Under the pieces are notes generated by a model. The model did no database searches. It was not told where the DNA came from and saw only the letters and a list, made by a program, of their open reading frames with translations. Made by a program: the position numbers and the translations under genes. 64,000 bases of DNA from Leucoraja erinacea (taxonomy: Eukaryota), in assembly GCF_028641065.1 (NCBI RefSeq), contig NC_073399.1:30256001-30320000 (forward strand), given 5' to 3'. Shown here in pieces: positions 24,450 through 35,254 of this stretch (the first letter of the stretch is position 1; every line of letters starts with the position of its first letter).

Positions 24450-24574
24450 ATTCTCAAATTGATGTAGGCCAGTGTGACCAAAGATCTTATAGCTTTGAGT
24501 GTGACAGAATCCTTCACTACCCTATCTACTTGCGATCCATTTTCAGGGAACCATGTACCTGTACTCAAGAGATC

Positions 24575-24850
24575 CCTTCCCCTCCCCCCCCCCCTCCCTC
24601 CCCAATCCCTCCACCCAACTCCCCCCCCTCAATCACTCCACTCCCCATCCCCCCTCTCAATCTTTCCACTCCCCTTTCCCCAATCCCCCCCCACCCAACT
24701 CCCCCTCAATCACTCCACTCCCCCCCCCCCCTCCTCCTCCTCAATCCCCAATCCCTCCACCCAACTCCCCCTCAATCACTCCCCTCCCCCCCCTCAATCC
24801 CTCCACTCCCTTTCCCCCAATCCCTCCACCTCACCCTCCCTCACCCCTAG
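24575..24850. repeat. C-rich minisatellite-like tract (G-rich on the SRSF2 transcript)
   Basis: Recurring CCCTCAATC(A/C)CTCCA units. Confidence 0.85.
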
Positions 24851-24868
24851 GGAGGGGGTGCCACCCAC

Positions 24869-25221
24869 CTGCGGCTTCTCCGGCCGTAGGCGCCGGCGTG
24901 CCGACGGGACGACCCACCGCGGCGGTGCGACTCGGCGGGGCGACCGTAGCGGGCCATCTGGACGCGGAGCTCCCTGCCGTCGAGCACGGCGCCGTCCATG
25001 GCGTCGATGGCATCCTCGGCGTCCCTCTTGTCGTGGAAGCGGACGAAGGCGAAGCCGCGGCTCTCGCGGGTGAAGCGGTCGCGGGGGATGTAGACGTCGC
25101 CCACCTTGCCGTACTTCTCGAACACCCGCTTCAGCGTCTCGGGCGACGTGCGGTACGTCAGGTTGTCCACTTTCAGCGAGGTCATCCCCTCGATGTCCGG
25201 CGGCATCCTCCCGTAACTCAT
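24869..25221 (-). CDS. SRSF2: SRSF2 coding exon 1 (RRM)
   Basis: [30 protein letters not shown]...RGFAFVRF...[12 protein letters not shown]; donor AG|GTGGGT at 24868. Confidence 0.98.
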
Positions 25222-25797
25222 GTTGGCGTTATTGAATAATAATAACAACACACACACACACACACAAACCGCCGCCCGGCCCGAACACAATCACAAGATG
25301 GCGCCGCCTCAACCCGGAAACACACCCCGGCTCTGACCCCATCAGCCCCAAATAACAAATAAAAACACATTTTTATCAATTCTATGAACCCATTCCATCA
25401 TTATATTCACTGTTATACATCTCTTTCATTTCGAAACTTCAAAATTAAATCACTTAGAGCGAAATGCATTCTGGGTATTGTAGTTCGCCTTTTTTCTTTT
25501 TGACTTTCCTTTCGATTTTTTTAATAAAACGGCAAACGTTACAACAAACCGTTTACCGCCAGCGTATTAAATGCAATTGTAAGTGCCGCGGGGTAAAGGC
25601 ATAAAGCAGCGGTTGTCGGTCGGGCTGATACGCATGCGCGTGTCACTTCCGGTGGCAGTGAGAGAGTGAAGACGTTTAATTGTTGAGAGAAACATCAAAC
25701 TTCAGCGGCCGCGACCCAGACCCCAGGGTCCGGACTCCAGACCCCCCCAGACACCAGACTCAAGACCCCCCAGGCCCAGGACCACCAAGACCCAGCC
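25222..25797. promoter_or_regulatory. Bidirectional promoter/5'UTRs of SRSF2 and MFSD11
   Basis: YY1 CAAGATGGCGCC 25294-25305; ZNF143/SBS-type TGCATTCTGGGTATTGTAGT 25465-25484; NRF1-like CGCATGCGCG 25631-25640; ETS/GABP CACTTCCGG 25644-25652. Confidence 0.85.
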
Positions 25798-25893
25798 ATG
25801 ACGCCCGAAACAAGGAAATTAACCAATGTCATCATTCTGGGCTGCTCTTTTATGTTCGTTTTCACTGCGTTTCAAACCTGTGGGAACATTGAG
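25798..25893 (+). CDS. MFSD11: MFSD11 coding exon 1 (UNC-93-like MFS protein)
   Basis: MTPETRKLTNVIILGCSFMFVFTAFQTCGNIE; gccATG, |gtgagt donor. Confidence 0.95.
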
Positions 25894-25997
25894 GTGAGTG
25901 CTCACGGCCCGGACTTTAACCGTGGCTGCAGCTGTCACTAATACAACATATTGTTTAAGAAGGAACTGTGCAGATGCTGGAAAACCGAAAGTAGACA

Positions 25998-27200
25998 AAA
26001 GTTAGCAATGTCACCAAATTTTGAGATTTTAAATCAAGTCTGTAATTTATCCTATCAGATAAAGCTTAAAACCGAGATGAGAAGAACTTTTTTCACACAG
26101 AGTGGTGAATCTCTGGAACTCTCTGCCACAGAGGGTAGTTGAGGCCAGTTCATTGGCTATATTTAAGAGGGAGTTAGATGTGGCCCTTGTAGCTAAGGGG
26201 ATCAGGGGGTATGGAGAGAAGGCAGGTACGGGATACTGAGTTGGATGATCAGCCATGATCATATTGAATGGCGGTGCAGGCTCGAAGGGCCGAATGGCCT
26301 ACTCCTGCACCTATTTCTATGTTTCTATGTTTCTAAAAAGAAGTTTAATTTGATAACTAATTCACTTTCATATCTTCAGTATTAAAAAGGTTATGGCCAT
26401 TTTCATACTCTGAAATTAGCATCTTGTTCCCTATTGCTTTTCCATTGACTTAACTCAAAAGCTGTGATCGAGGACAGTCAAAAGCCTGTAAAATTACGAG
26501 AACTGAATGAAATTTTCAGTTACTATAGATTGAAGCATTCAAAAACAAATGTAAAACAATCTTACTTGGATGAACTGAAATTAAAGCATATAATTAGTTA
26601 GTTACCTAATTGTAGCTAATTACAAAATTCAATTACTGGATCTAAACATCTATCCATTTCTTAAGAAAAGGTTAGCATTTTTAAATAGCCTAAGTGTCCA
26701 AATAACATTCACACAAGAATTCACAATATAACATGATTTTTAAATTTCATTGTCATGAATTTATAGGCCTAATGGAAGGAATTTAGTGTTTAATTCCCGT
26801 AAATTAATGGCCATTTTAATCATCTTGCGAGTGGGTTTTTGTAGAACGCTATCGATTCGAATGTTGCGGTTGCGGTGAATTTAAACCCCAAATCGGCAGG
26901 AAAATCACTGCCGGTTCGTATATTTACATAATCACATATTTGCTGATGAAATTTCGATTAAAGTAATCCTAAGAAGCAAGTTTATATGTAAAATAAACGA
27001 CTTGCCTTATGTTTTGTCCCGGACGTGAGATCCGTTCCGTTGCCTGCGTTAGAAGTAGCTTTTTATTTTACTCCAGCGCTGAAATTGTCCCGCTGTTTAA
27101 AAAAAATAATTCGGAGAACGGCAGTCGGAACGATTGTTCAGCATTGGGTAGTAACCTGAGAAAATATATCTCGGACAGGCAGGAGAAAACGGCATTTTAA
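25998..27200. mobile_element. AT-rich unclassified repeat, probably a DNA transposon, interrupted by a CR1 tail (26066-26333, +)
   Basis: atcagataaagc|CR1|taaaaagaagtttaatttga; a related degraded copy at ~39970-40610 is uninterrupted at this junction. Confidence 0.55.
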
Positions 27201-27291
27201 TTCATTCGGACTGAAGACTAATACAACATAGTAGTGCTGATCAACCATAGTACAATGTTGAATAAAGTATAAGTGGTGCTGATAAACTAAA

Positions 27292-27668
27292 ATACATAGA
27301 AAATAGGTGCGGGACTAAGTAGGCCATTTGTCCCTTCGAGCCAGCGCCGCCATTCAATGTAATCATGGCTGATCATCCACAATCAGTACTCCGTTCCTGC
27401 CTTCTCCCCATGTCCCTTGATTCCGCTAGCCCCAAGAATATCTAACTCTCTTTTGAATGCATCAAGTAAATCGGCCTCCACTGCCTTCTGAGGCAGAGAA
27501 TTCCACAAATTTACAACTCTCTGGGTGAAAAAGTGTTTCCTAATCTCAGTTCTAAATGGCCTACCCCTTCTTAAACTGTGGCCCCGAGTTTTGGACTCCC
27601 CCAACATCAGGAACATGTTTCCTGCATCTAGCGTGTCCAATCCCTTAATAATTAAAAATGTTTCTATA
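27292..27668 (-). mobile_element. CR1/HER1 3' fragment
   Basis: FFTQRVVNLWNSLPQKAVEA...; catagaaa tail. Confidence 0.9.
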
Positions 27669-27669
27669 G

Positions 27670-28200
27670 GACGCCAGGACGCATGTCTGTGAGCGGATGG
27701 CGGGCCACATCTATCACGTGTACATATGGATCCCGCCCCGAATGGCAGGCATCAAATCGCGTGTTCACATAGATCCTGCTCCTTCAAGGACAGCATCCGG
27801 AGCACTGGCCCCTAGTTACGGGTGCTCATGAACATGGCGCACCTATGAACCATTGCCTTGGCACTGTCCTGAAGGCAGTGGCTCCAATACTCACACTCAC
27901 TCGTCCCCAGCCTATTGACAACCCCAATCCCAGAGTGAAGCCCAGTCACAGAAGGTGTGCAGCTGTGCCTGCGGCTTTGCGCAGGATGTGGTATAGCCAG
28001 CTCGGCGCTCGGTAGCTCCGCCATTGCGGCAGCTAGTGTGGGCCTCCTTGAGATTGCACCTGGGTGTCGGGCTCGGGAGGTACCAGAGATGATGGAAGAC
28101 TGCGGGCCGAATGATTACAGAAAAAAAATACGCCAGCGGGTCGGCTAACTTCAGGTTATGGGCTGCATTCGGCCCGGGGGCCGTAGGTTGCCGACCCCCG
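27670..28200. mobile_element. hAT-type MITE fragment (right end)
   Basis: Ends ...gggccgtaggttgccgacccccg, resembling CAGGGGTCGGCAACCT hAT TIRs; left end not found. Confidence 0.55.
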
Positions 28201-28355
28201 GAGTAAAGGATAGTGGCATTGATACATTGTAGTGGAATATAGAATACAACAGAGTGGTGCTGCAACTATATTTCATTATAAAATAAAGAATAATATTGCT
28301 GATAAACTACATTACAATAATGAAGAAGTGATAGTGGATTTGATATTGATTAGTA

Positions 28356-28975
28356 GGACTGGATGTTACAATCCCGAAGGTTCTTCACCATAACTGACAC
28401 CCAGTATTCTTGGGGGTGACCACTAGGTGATTTTGCTACCAATCAGACACATCTTCAGTTGTGTACCTCAACGTCACTGGGTGTTTCGGCCTTTTATCAC
28501 AAGACACCCTTAGTCGAGGCACGCCCACCGCAGGGTGATGAGACCTGGGTGTGTGTCTTGTGGTTAGCCTCTAGATGGTCATGTGACAGCCCAGACAGCA
28601 TCTTTTCTCTTCAGCCACAGCCAGTGACTGCTCCATTCTGCTTTTTTCCTTCCATCCTCCTCTCTACCGCTGACTGTGGCTGGTTGGGCTCTGGACTTGG
28701 GTCCGTTGGTGGGACAGTACTTGGTTGAGCTTCGCCTGGGGTGCTGATACCCTGTGGATTCTGGTGGTTAACCTGCCACTGGGCTTCACTCGACTGATTT
28801 GGCCTACCTCTTAGAAGGTAATGGTCAATGCGAGGCCTCACACCAAGCTCTCCCAGGCACTTTTCCCTGCCCTGGTGGATCTTGAGACCCTTCTCTGATG
28901 TTATCTTTTCCCAGCCACAGATGCAGTTTCGTAGCTTATGTCCTGCCGGGGCTGCTGCTCTGTCCATGGCTATGC
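28356..28975 (-). mobile_element. Hero-like (R2 group) non-LTR element, internally deleted
   Basis: N-terminal zinc finger CICGWEKITSEKGLKIHQGREKCL joined directly to 3'UTR-like sequence; TAGTA at 28351-28355 and 28976-28980. Confidence 0.7.
28445..28509 (-). ncRNA. Candidate permuted/pseudoknotted hammerhead ribozyme
   Basis: GGGUGU-C-UUGUG-auaaaa-GGCC-GAAACACCC-15nt-CACAA-CUGAAGA-UGUGUCU; stems III (6 bp) and I (5 bp) perfect and in register. Confidence 0.6.
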
Positions 28976-29025
28976 TAGTATAATATAGAATGTAGGATAG
29001 TGGTGCTGATAAACCACAGTACAAT

Positions 29026-29901
29026 AGGGAGGTTTCACAGCAGTCGGGTCACGACCCATGACCCGTACTGTTGCTACGCTACTCCAAATGGATTACACGT
29101 GATGTACTACAGGTAGGCACTTACCATTGTTTCCAGCGTAGCGGGCCCGTTAAAACCCGCTGAAATTGTCAATTTTTGCGCTGTAAATAATTATGGAAAT
29201 CGGGATAAGCGTGAGAGACATTTAGCCTACTTCAGAATTCCAAAAGTGAGGAGAAATGACGGTAGATAGAAACGAGAGCTGAAGGGGTCAATAACAGACA
29301 GAGTGCTTGGCGAACATTGGCCGTTTGCTCACTGCATTTCATCAAGTAAGGCATTATTTGTGTTTTTTCTTGATTCCTTTGGTATCTAAAAATTCTCAGA
29401 AGTGATAAATCTGGCTGTAAATTTTTCTTCAGATGCGTTTTCATTTTGTATGTAAAAACCCACGAGAACCATGGGCGATTAAAAAAAAATTACAGCCAGA
29501 TTTATCACTTCTGAAACTTTTTAGATACCAAAGGAATCAAGAAAAAACACAAATAATGCCTTACTTGATGAAATGCAGTGAGCAAACGTGATAATTCCCA
29601 ATATTTTCAATGTTTACCAAGCACTTTAGCTGCTGTAGTCCCTTCAGTTCTCGCTTCTCTATACCTTCATTTCGCTTCACGTTTGGAATTCAGAAGTTGG
29701 GTACATGTCTCTCACACTTACCCCGACTCCCACAATATTTTTCAGCGTAAAATTCAACATTTTGGCGGTTTGTAACAGGTAGGAAAGTACGCGTTTCTAG
29801 CATTAATAACATATACCGGAAGTGACGGGTGTCTTCCAGTTGGATTTAGCGGCTCCGTGCGTCGAGCCCTATGACCCAGTGACCTTCCTTGCAACCCCCC
29901 T
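29026..29901. mobile_element. Second ISL2EU-like element, partly palindromic, distinct right end
   Basis: AT|AGGGAGGTTTC...GCAACCCCCCT|AT; highly similar to 23558-24449. Confidence 0.8.
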
Positions 29902-29902
29902 A

Positions 29903-30112
29903 TATAGAATAAAACAGTGTGAGTGATAAACCATATTGCAATATAAAATAAAAGATAGTGTTGAAATTCTGTATTACAATAAGGAATAAAAGATATTGTT
30001 GCTAATAAACTACATTACAATATTAAATAAAGGATAGTGTTGCTGATAAGTTATATTACAATAACAAATAAAGCATAGTGATGTTGATAAACTGTATTAG
30101 AAAAAAAGAATA
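29903..30112. repeat. AT-rich degenerate tandem repeat (ATAGTGNTGCTGATAAACNATATTACAAT...)
   Basis: The same unit recurs at 27215-27291, 28205-28350 and 28976-29025, split by later insertions. Confidence 0.75.
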
Positions 30113-31349
30113 AACCAGCATCTACATTTTCTAATCTCCCTGTAGATGCTGCATGACCCGCTAAGTTGCTCTGCACTTTGTGATTTGCTTACAATTCTAG
30201 CATCTGTAGACTCTTGACTCCAAAAAAGCCGACTTAACATGTCAGGTCAAAAATTTGTCATCAGACCAGGTCTTCGCACTGATGCCGTGTGATCAGCTGG
30301 TTATGTTTTACCTGTTTCTGCTGAATTTTGCATAGAGTTTGAACATAAATATTATGGGGAATAATTGGTGGGACCAGTGTTTTTTTACCAGACATATATC
30401 TGATTTGAAGTTCTACATTTTGATATGTGCTGATAGTGAAGTAACAAAATGAAATTACTTATAAATTATAATTAAAACACAAAGTGCATGTATAACTCCA
30501 GGATAAGCACTAACTAAGAAAACCAAGCCAAAAACAAAAGAATTATCTAACTAAAGGCAGCAGCTTACAATAAATGACTTCATATGCAAAAGAAAACCCA
30601 GCCAGCTACAGATTACTCCCCCCTTTTTATTTAAAAAAAAAAAAACTAATCCTGTAGATGCAAGTATATAATTGGGGTTATCAAGTGGGCACCTCTCTTC
30701 ATTGGTGTTTCATTGAGTTAAACCCACAGCACCTCAGGCAAGCTCAACAGTTGGTTCTGACAACCCCCTCTCCCACCACCTATGCTATCAGTATCTACTA
30801 AATACAGGAAGCTGCAGCCAATTAGCTCACTCTAACGAATGCTAAACACCTGCATTCTATCTTCCACTAATCCTAGCCCATCATTAAGCTTGTAACACCA
30901 GAAATATCACCTTGCATAAGACTGGGAAACACTTGCACTGACTACAATTACAAAGAAACACACATACTGCATGTCATACGTTTCCTTTCTGCCCCCAACT
31001 GACACTATTTCTTCACCACCAAATCCACCTACTGCCTTGCTCTGCTGCCTCTGACATTTGCTTTACAGCCTGATACAAACTCTGTCCGCAAATTCCTAGG
31101 TCTCCAACTAGCTATGCGGATGATCTTGCTATGAAACCTCTACAACCCACCTCTACCATCCTTGCTGCTCAACTTCTGCTGCCAACTCTACATATCTAAG
31201 CCATTAAACCTATAATGTAGCTTTCTAATTAGAGAAACTCAAAACTAAGAGAATACTCTGAAGTATAGACTCTTGTAATGTCAGAACAGTGAGCACATTT
31301 TACCAGTAAATGTTGAATCTAATTCAAAATTTCAAACTATTTGTTTTGA

Positions 31350-31810
31350 CAGAAACATAGAAAATGGCTGATCATCCAAAATCAGTACCCTGTTCTGGCT
31401 TTTTCCCCATGTCCCTTGATCCCCTTAGCCCTGGGAGGTAAATCTAACTCACTCTTGAACACATCCAGTGAATTGGCCTCCACTGCCTTTTGTGGCAGAG
31501 AATTCCACAGATTCACAACTCTCTGGGTGAAACCGTTTTTCCTCATCTCAGTCCTAAATGGCCTACCCCTTATTCTTAAAATGTGACCCCCTGGTCCTGG
31601 ACTCCCCCAACATAAGGAACATTTTTCCTGCATCTACCATGTCCAATCCTCTAAGAATTTTATATGTTTCTGTAATATTTCCTCTCATCCTTCTAAATTC
31701 CACCGAATACAAGCTGACCCATTCTTTCATCATAGGTCAGTCCCGCCACAGTTATGAAGGCCAACATGCCATTCGCTTTCTTCACTGCCTGCTGTACCTG
31801 CATGCTTACT
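31350..31810 (-). mobile_element. CR1/HER1 3' fragment
   Basis: GFTQRVVNLWNSLPQKAVEANSL...; gaaacatagaaa tail. Confidence 0.88.
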
Positions 31811-32785
31811 GGTAGATTATAACCTCAGAATTGAGAGCATTCATGCCCCTTTCTGCAAGTAATTATTTGCAATTTATGTCAGAAGATTGATTGCAGCAAC
31901 AAAATAACTAACATTCCAGTTCTAGTAAATAACAAGCGCTTGTAAAGAATTATTTCAAAGTAGACCAGTGTCATCTACCAGATACTCCAAAATGCAATGA
32001 CACGGTCACAAGATACAAAGAATTTAGTTGCCAAGTATGTAAGAAAATCCACGGAATGTGATTTGCCGTAGTCATACCAAAAAAGCAGTAAGACACACAA
32101 CTACATAAATATTAACATAAACATCCACCACAGCGTACTGTGATGGAAGGCAATAACGTATTATCTACTTCCTTCCTTTTCTCCCGGGGTCAGGGCAGTC
32201 GAACCATCCGTTGTCGGGGAGATCGAAACTCCAGCAGCCGGCGATCGAAGATCCCTCGTCGGGTCGATAGAAGCTCCTGCAGTTGAAGCTCCCGAAGTCG
32301 ATCCCCCTAACTAAGGGGCTGCGAACTCCACGATGTTAAGCCCGAAGGCACCCGAGGTTGGAGCTCCCAAAAGTCGATCCCCTGCAAAGGGACCACCAGC
32401 TCCACGATGTTAGGCCGCAGTGCGGACGGAGATGCAATATGGAAAAAGCCGCATCTCCGTCGAGGAAAGAGATTTAAAAAAGTTTCCCCCACCCCGCACA
32501 TAATACAAAACTAAAGATACACTAAAACATACATTTTAAAACTAAAAACAACAAAAGAAGAAAAGGACGAGACAGACTGTTGGTGAGGCTGCCATCGTGT
32601 GGCGCCACCCGGTGGGTCACAGTGAGATTGCTGGCTATTGTTCTTTCAGATATCCATGAGGTGTTCTCAAAAGTTCTATTCTGAACAGGATAGTTTTGAA
32701 ACATCAGAATAACTTGTAGAATATATTAATGATCAATGGGAAAGAATGTTTGTTTTAGATTTAAATATTATTTTTTGTTTAACAG

Positions 32786-32841
32786 CAAACCGTCATCAAG
32801 AGCATCAACAGCACACAGTTTCATGGAAGTGGATATACCAG
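32786..32841 (+). CDS. MFSD11: MFSD11 exon 2
   Basis: QTVIKSINSTQFHGSGYT; acag| acceptor, weak donor |gttcct. Confidence 0.9.
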
Positions 32842-34032
32842 GTTCCTTGTTTATTTTCTTCTGTGGAATGATACTGTATGAAGACTTGTGTAACACTGAG
32901 ATAGCAAGCCTACCCTTGCAAATGTTACAAGAGCTAAACAATATGTAGTATACTTTGTAATATTTTATCTATGTTGAGAGTAGGATATGATAACTTGATA
33001 AAGTACAACATTGTTTCTGTTGCAGTTTTAGAACATAGAACAGTGCAGCACATGAACAGGCCCTTTGGCCCACAATGTCTGTGCCGAACATGATGCCAAG
33101 ACCAACCTTTATGTGGCTGCACATAGTCCATATCTCTCTTTTACCTGCTTATCCAAAAGTCCTTTAAATGCCACTATCTACCTCAGCAGTGCGTTCCAGG
33201 CACTCTCCACCCTTGCGCATCTCCTTTAATCTTTGCCCCTCTAATCTTAAAGCTATGCCCTCCAAGTATATGATATTTCCATCCCAGGAATTTAATTTTT
33301 TGACTGAGAATTATGCGCCTCAAATTTATTTACTTGTATCGGGTATTATTTACTTGCAGCAACCTCCAACGTTCCTGTCTTCCTTATCAGCCTGGGCAAT
33401 CCAAGTCTGTCCATCTCTCCCTGTAGCTAATACCCTCCATTCCAGGCATCATTGTGGTAAACCTCCTCTGCACCCTTTGTAGAAATGCCCTTTGTTATAA
33501 ATCTTCATTACACAGTCTTCTGATTAATAGTTTCTTTATTGTTGAAGAAAAACAGTAAGATATTCATCCAATCTTCGTCTCTGACTCGTACACTTTAATC
33601 TTCGTCAAACTCCAGCTTATCGCTTTTAAATGTTAGAAAATTCCTCATGTCTTGGCAAAACTCCACACGGTCGAAGGGTGTTCCTTCTAGCCATGTCGAG
33701 CTCTAAAACTAACAAACTAAGCTTCTGCGCAAGAGAACCCAGCAGCAAACACGCCACCGACTACGTAATAAATCCCACCCACATAATCACTCACTAACCA
33801 AGCCATCTACATTTTCGTCCAAGTCAATAATATATATCACATTTCACAGCGGTATCAGCACAGATCCCTGCGGAACTCCATTAGTCATAAACCTCCGGTC
33901 TGAATATTGTTCTTCCACCACAGACCTGTCTTAAATCAGTATTTAAATATTATTTATTTAAATATTGTAAATGGGGATGCAGTTATTTTTTTAGCAAATT
34001 ATTGTGCTGACATTGATTTATGTTTCTTATAG

Positions 34033-34140
34033 TTTGGCCATAATTTACACTGTGTTTTCTGCCTCCAATCTGTTGACTCCATCAATTGTTGCTCTTTTGG
34101 GATCTCAACTTTCCATGTTCATTTCTGGATTAGTGTACAG
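34033..34140 (+). CDS. MFSD11: MFSD11 exon 3
   Basis: LAIIYTVFSASNLLTPSIVALLGSQLSMFISGLVY; AG/GT bounded. Confidence 0.93.
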
Positions 34141-35254
34141 GTGAGTTAAATAAAGTTCACTTTTTTATTTTGCCTGTATTCCACCTTACTCTGCTGCCAT
34201 TTACTTTATTTTTTAAAGTTTCAGAATTAATTTTTTTTTAATCTTATGATTTTATAAATAGGGGGTGGTTTTCACAATGTAGATGGAAGCACCCAGGTGT
34301 GAATGTTGTTCTTAGTAAACTAGACATTGATCCTGTTGGTCATTTTGTATACTATTTCTTTTTTTCCATTATCCATTTAATTAAAAAAAAAATTATTTTA
34401 ACTAAAATCTGTCTGTATATCAATTTAGTGTTGGAATTTGTTTTTAGTTTTATTTTGTGCATGTGGGTATTCTGCAATATAAGCATTTGGCTTGTCACTA
34501 TCAATTACTAACTTTGAGGCGTACGAATGGTTCTAAAAAGAAATGTTTGCTGCTTTACAATGACAGTAAAAGGATGCATGTAATTAGAAGTATTTAAACA
34601 TGCTTCCTAACTATACTGTCATAAAATATTGCTTCTGCGAATTACAAATAATCAGATCAACTCAGTACAATTATGTGGAGGTCAAATAGTCCTTGACAAA
34701 TTTATTTGTGTTTTTATGGATTATAATTGATAGTAAGGGATAAATAGTGGATGGAGTTTTTGTATTCTCAGAAGGACTTCAATAAGGTAGCATGAGGTGG
34801 TTGCATAAGATCAGGTCTTGTGAGCTTGAGGTAATATGTTAGCAAGGAATAAGGATTGATTAATGAACAGAAAACAATGAATAGGAAAACTCGTCTTTTG
34901 CAATGGCCTTGAGTAATTAGTGGACTGGGCCAAGGACTGGTGATAAGGCTACAGCTATTTACGATCCATATCAATGAGTTAGATCAGTGCACCAAGTGTA
35001 AATAATCCTAATTTTGCTGATGATATAAAACTGAAGGAAGTAGGGATTGGGTGAAGGGTTGACCCTTTAAGTGATACCAAAACGATACCAAAAGGAACAT
35101 GATTTGTGGGAGTGTGAGATAATCCGCTTTGCTTGGAAGAATGTTTTTGTAAAGTGAGAGGTTAGCAAAGGTTGGTACATAGTCCTTGAATACAGTTAAT
35201 CATTGCTTCTGAGCCATAATATAATTGTTGGGTTCAATATCATTTTGTGGAAGG

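Noticed and set aside
24416-25239. Pro-rich + strand ORFs up to 228 aa
   Set aside because: Antisense shadow of SRSF2 exon 1 plus the C-rich tandem tract.
32842-32849. MFSD11 intron 2 donor GTTCCTTG resembling U12 GTATCCTT
   Set aside because: Not a match to the near-invariant U12 donor, and the 3' end has a U2-type branch (TGCTGAC) and pyrimidine tract; treated as a weak U2 donor.
33493-33848. Possible solo LTR (TG...CA, minus-strand AATAAA)
   Set aside because: No matching target-site duplication and no second copy to confirm the ends.
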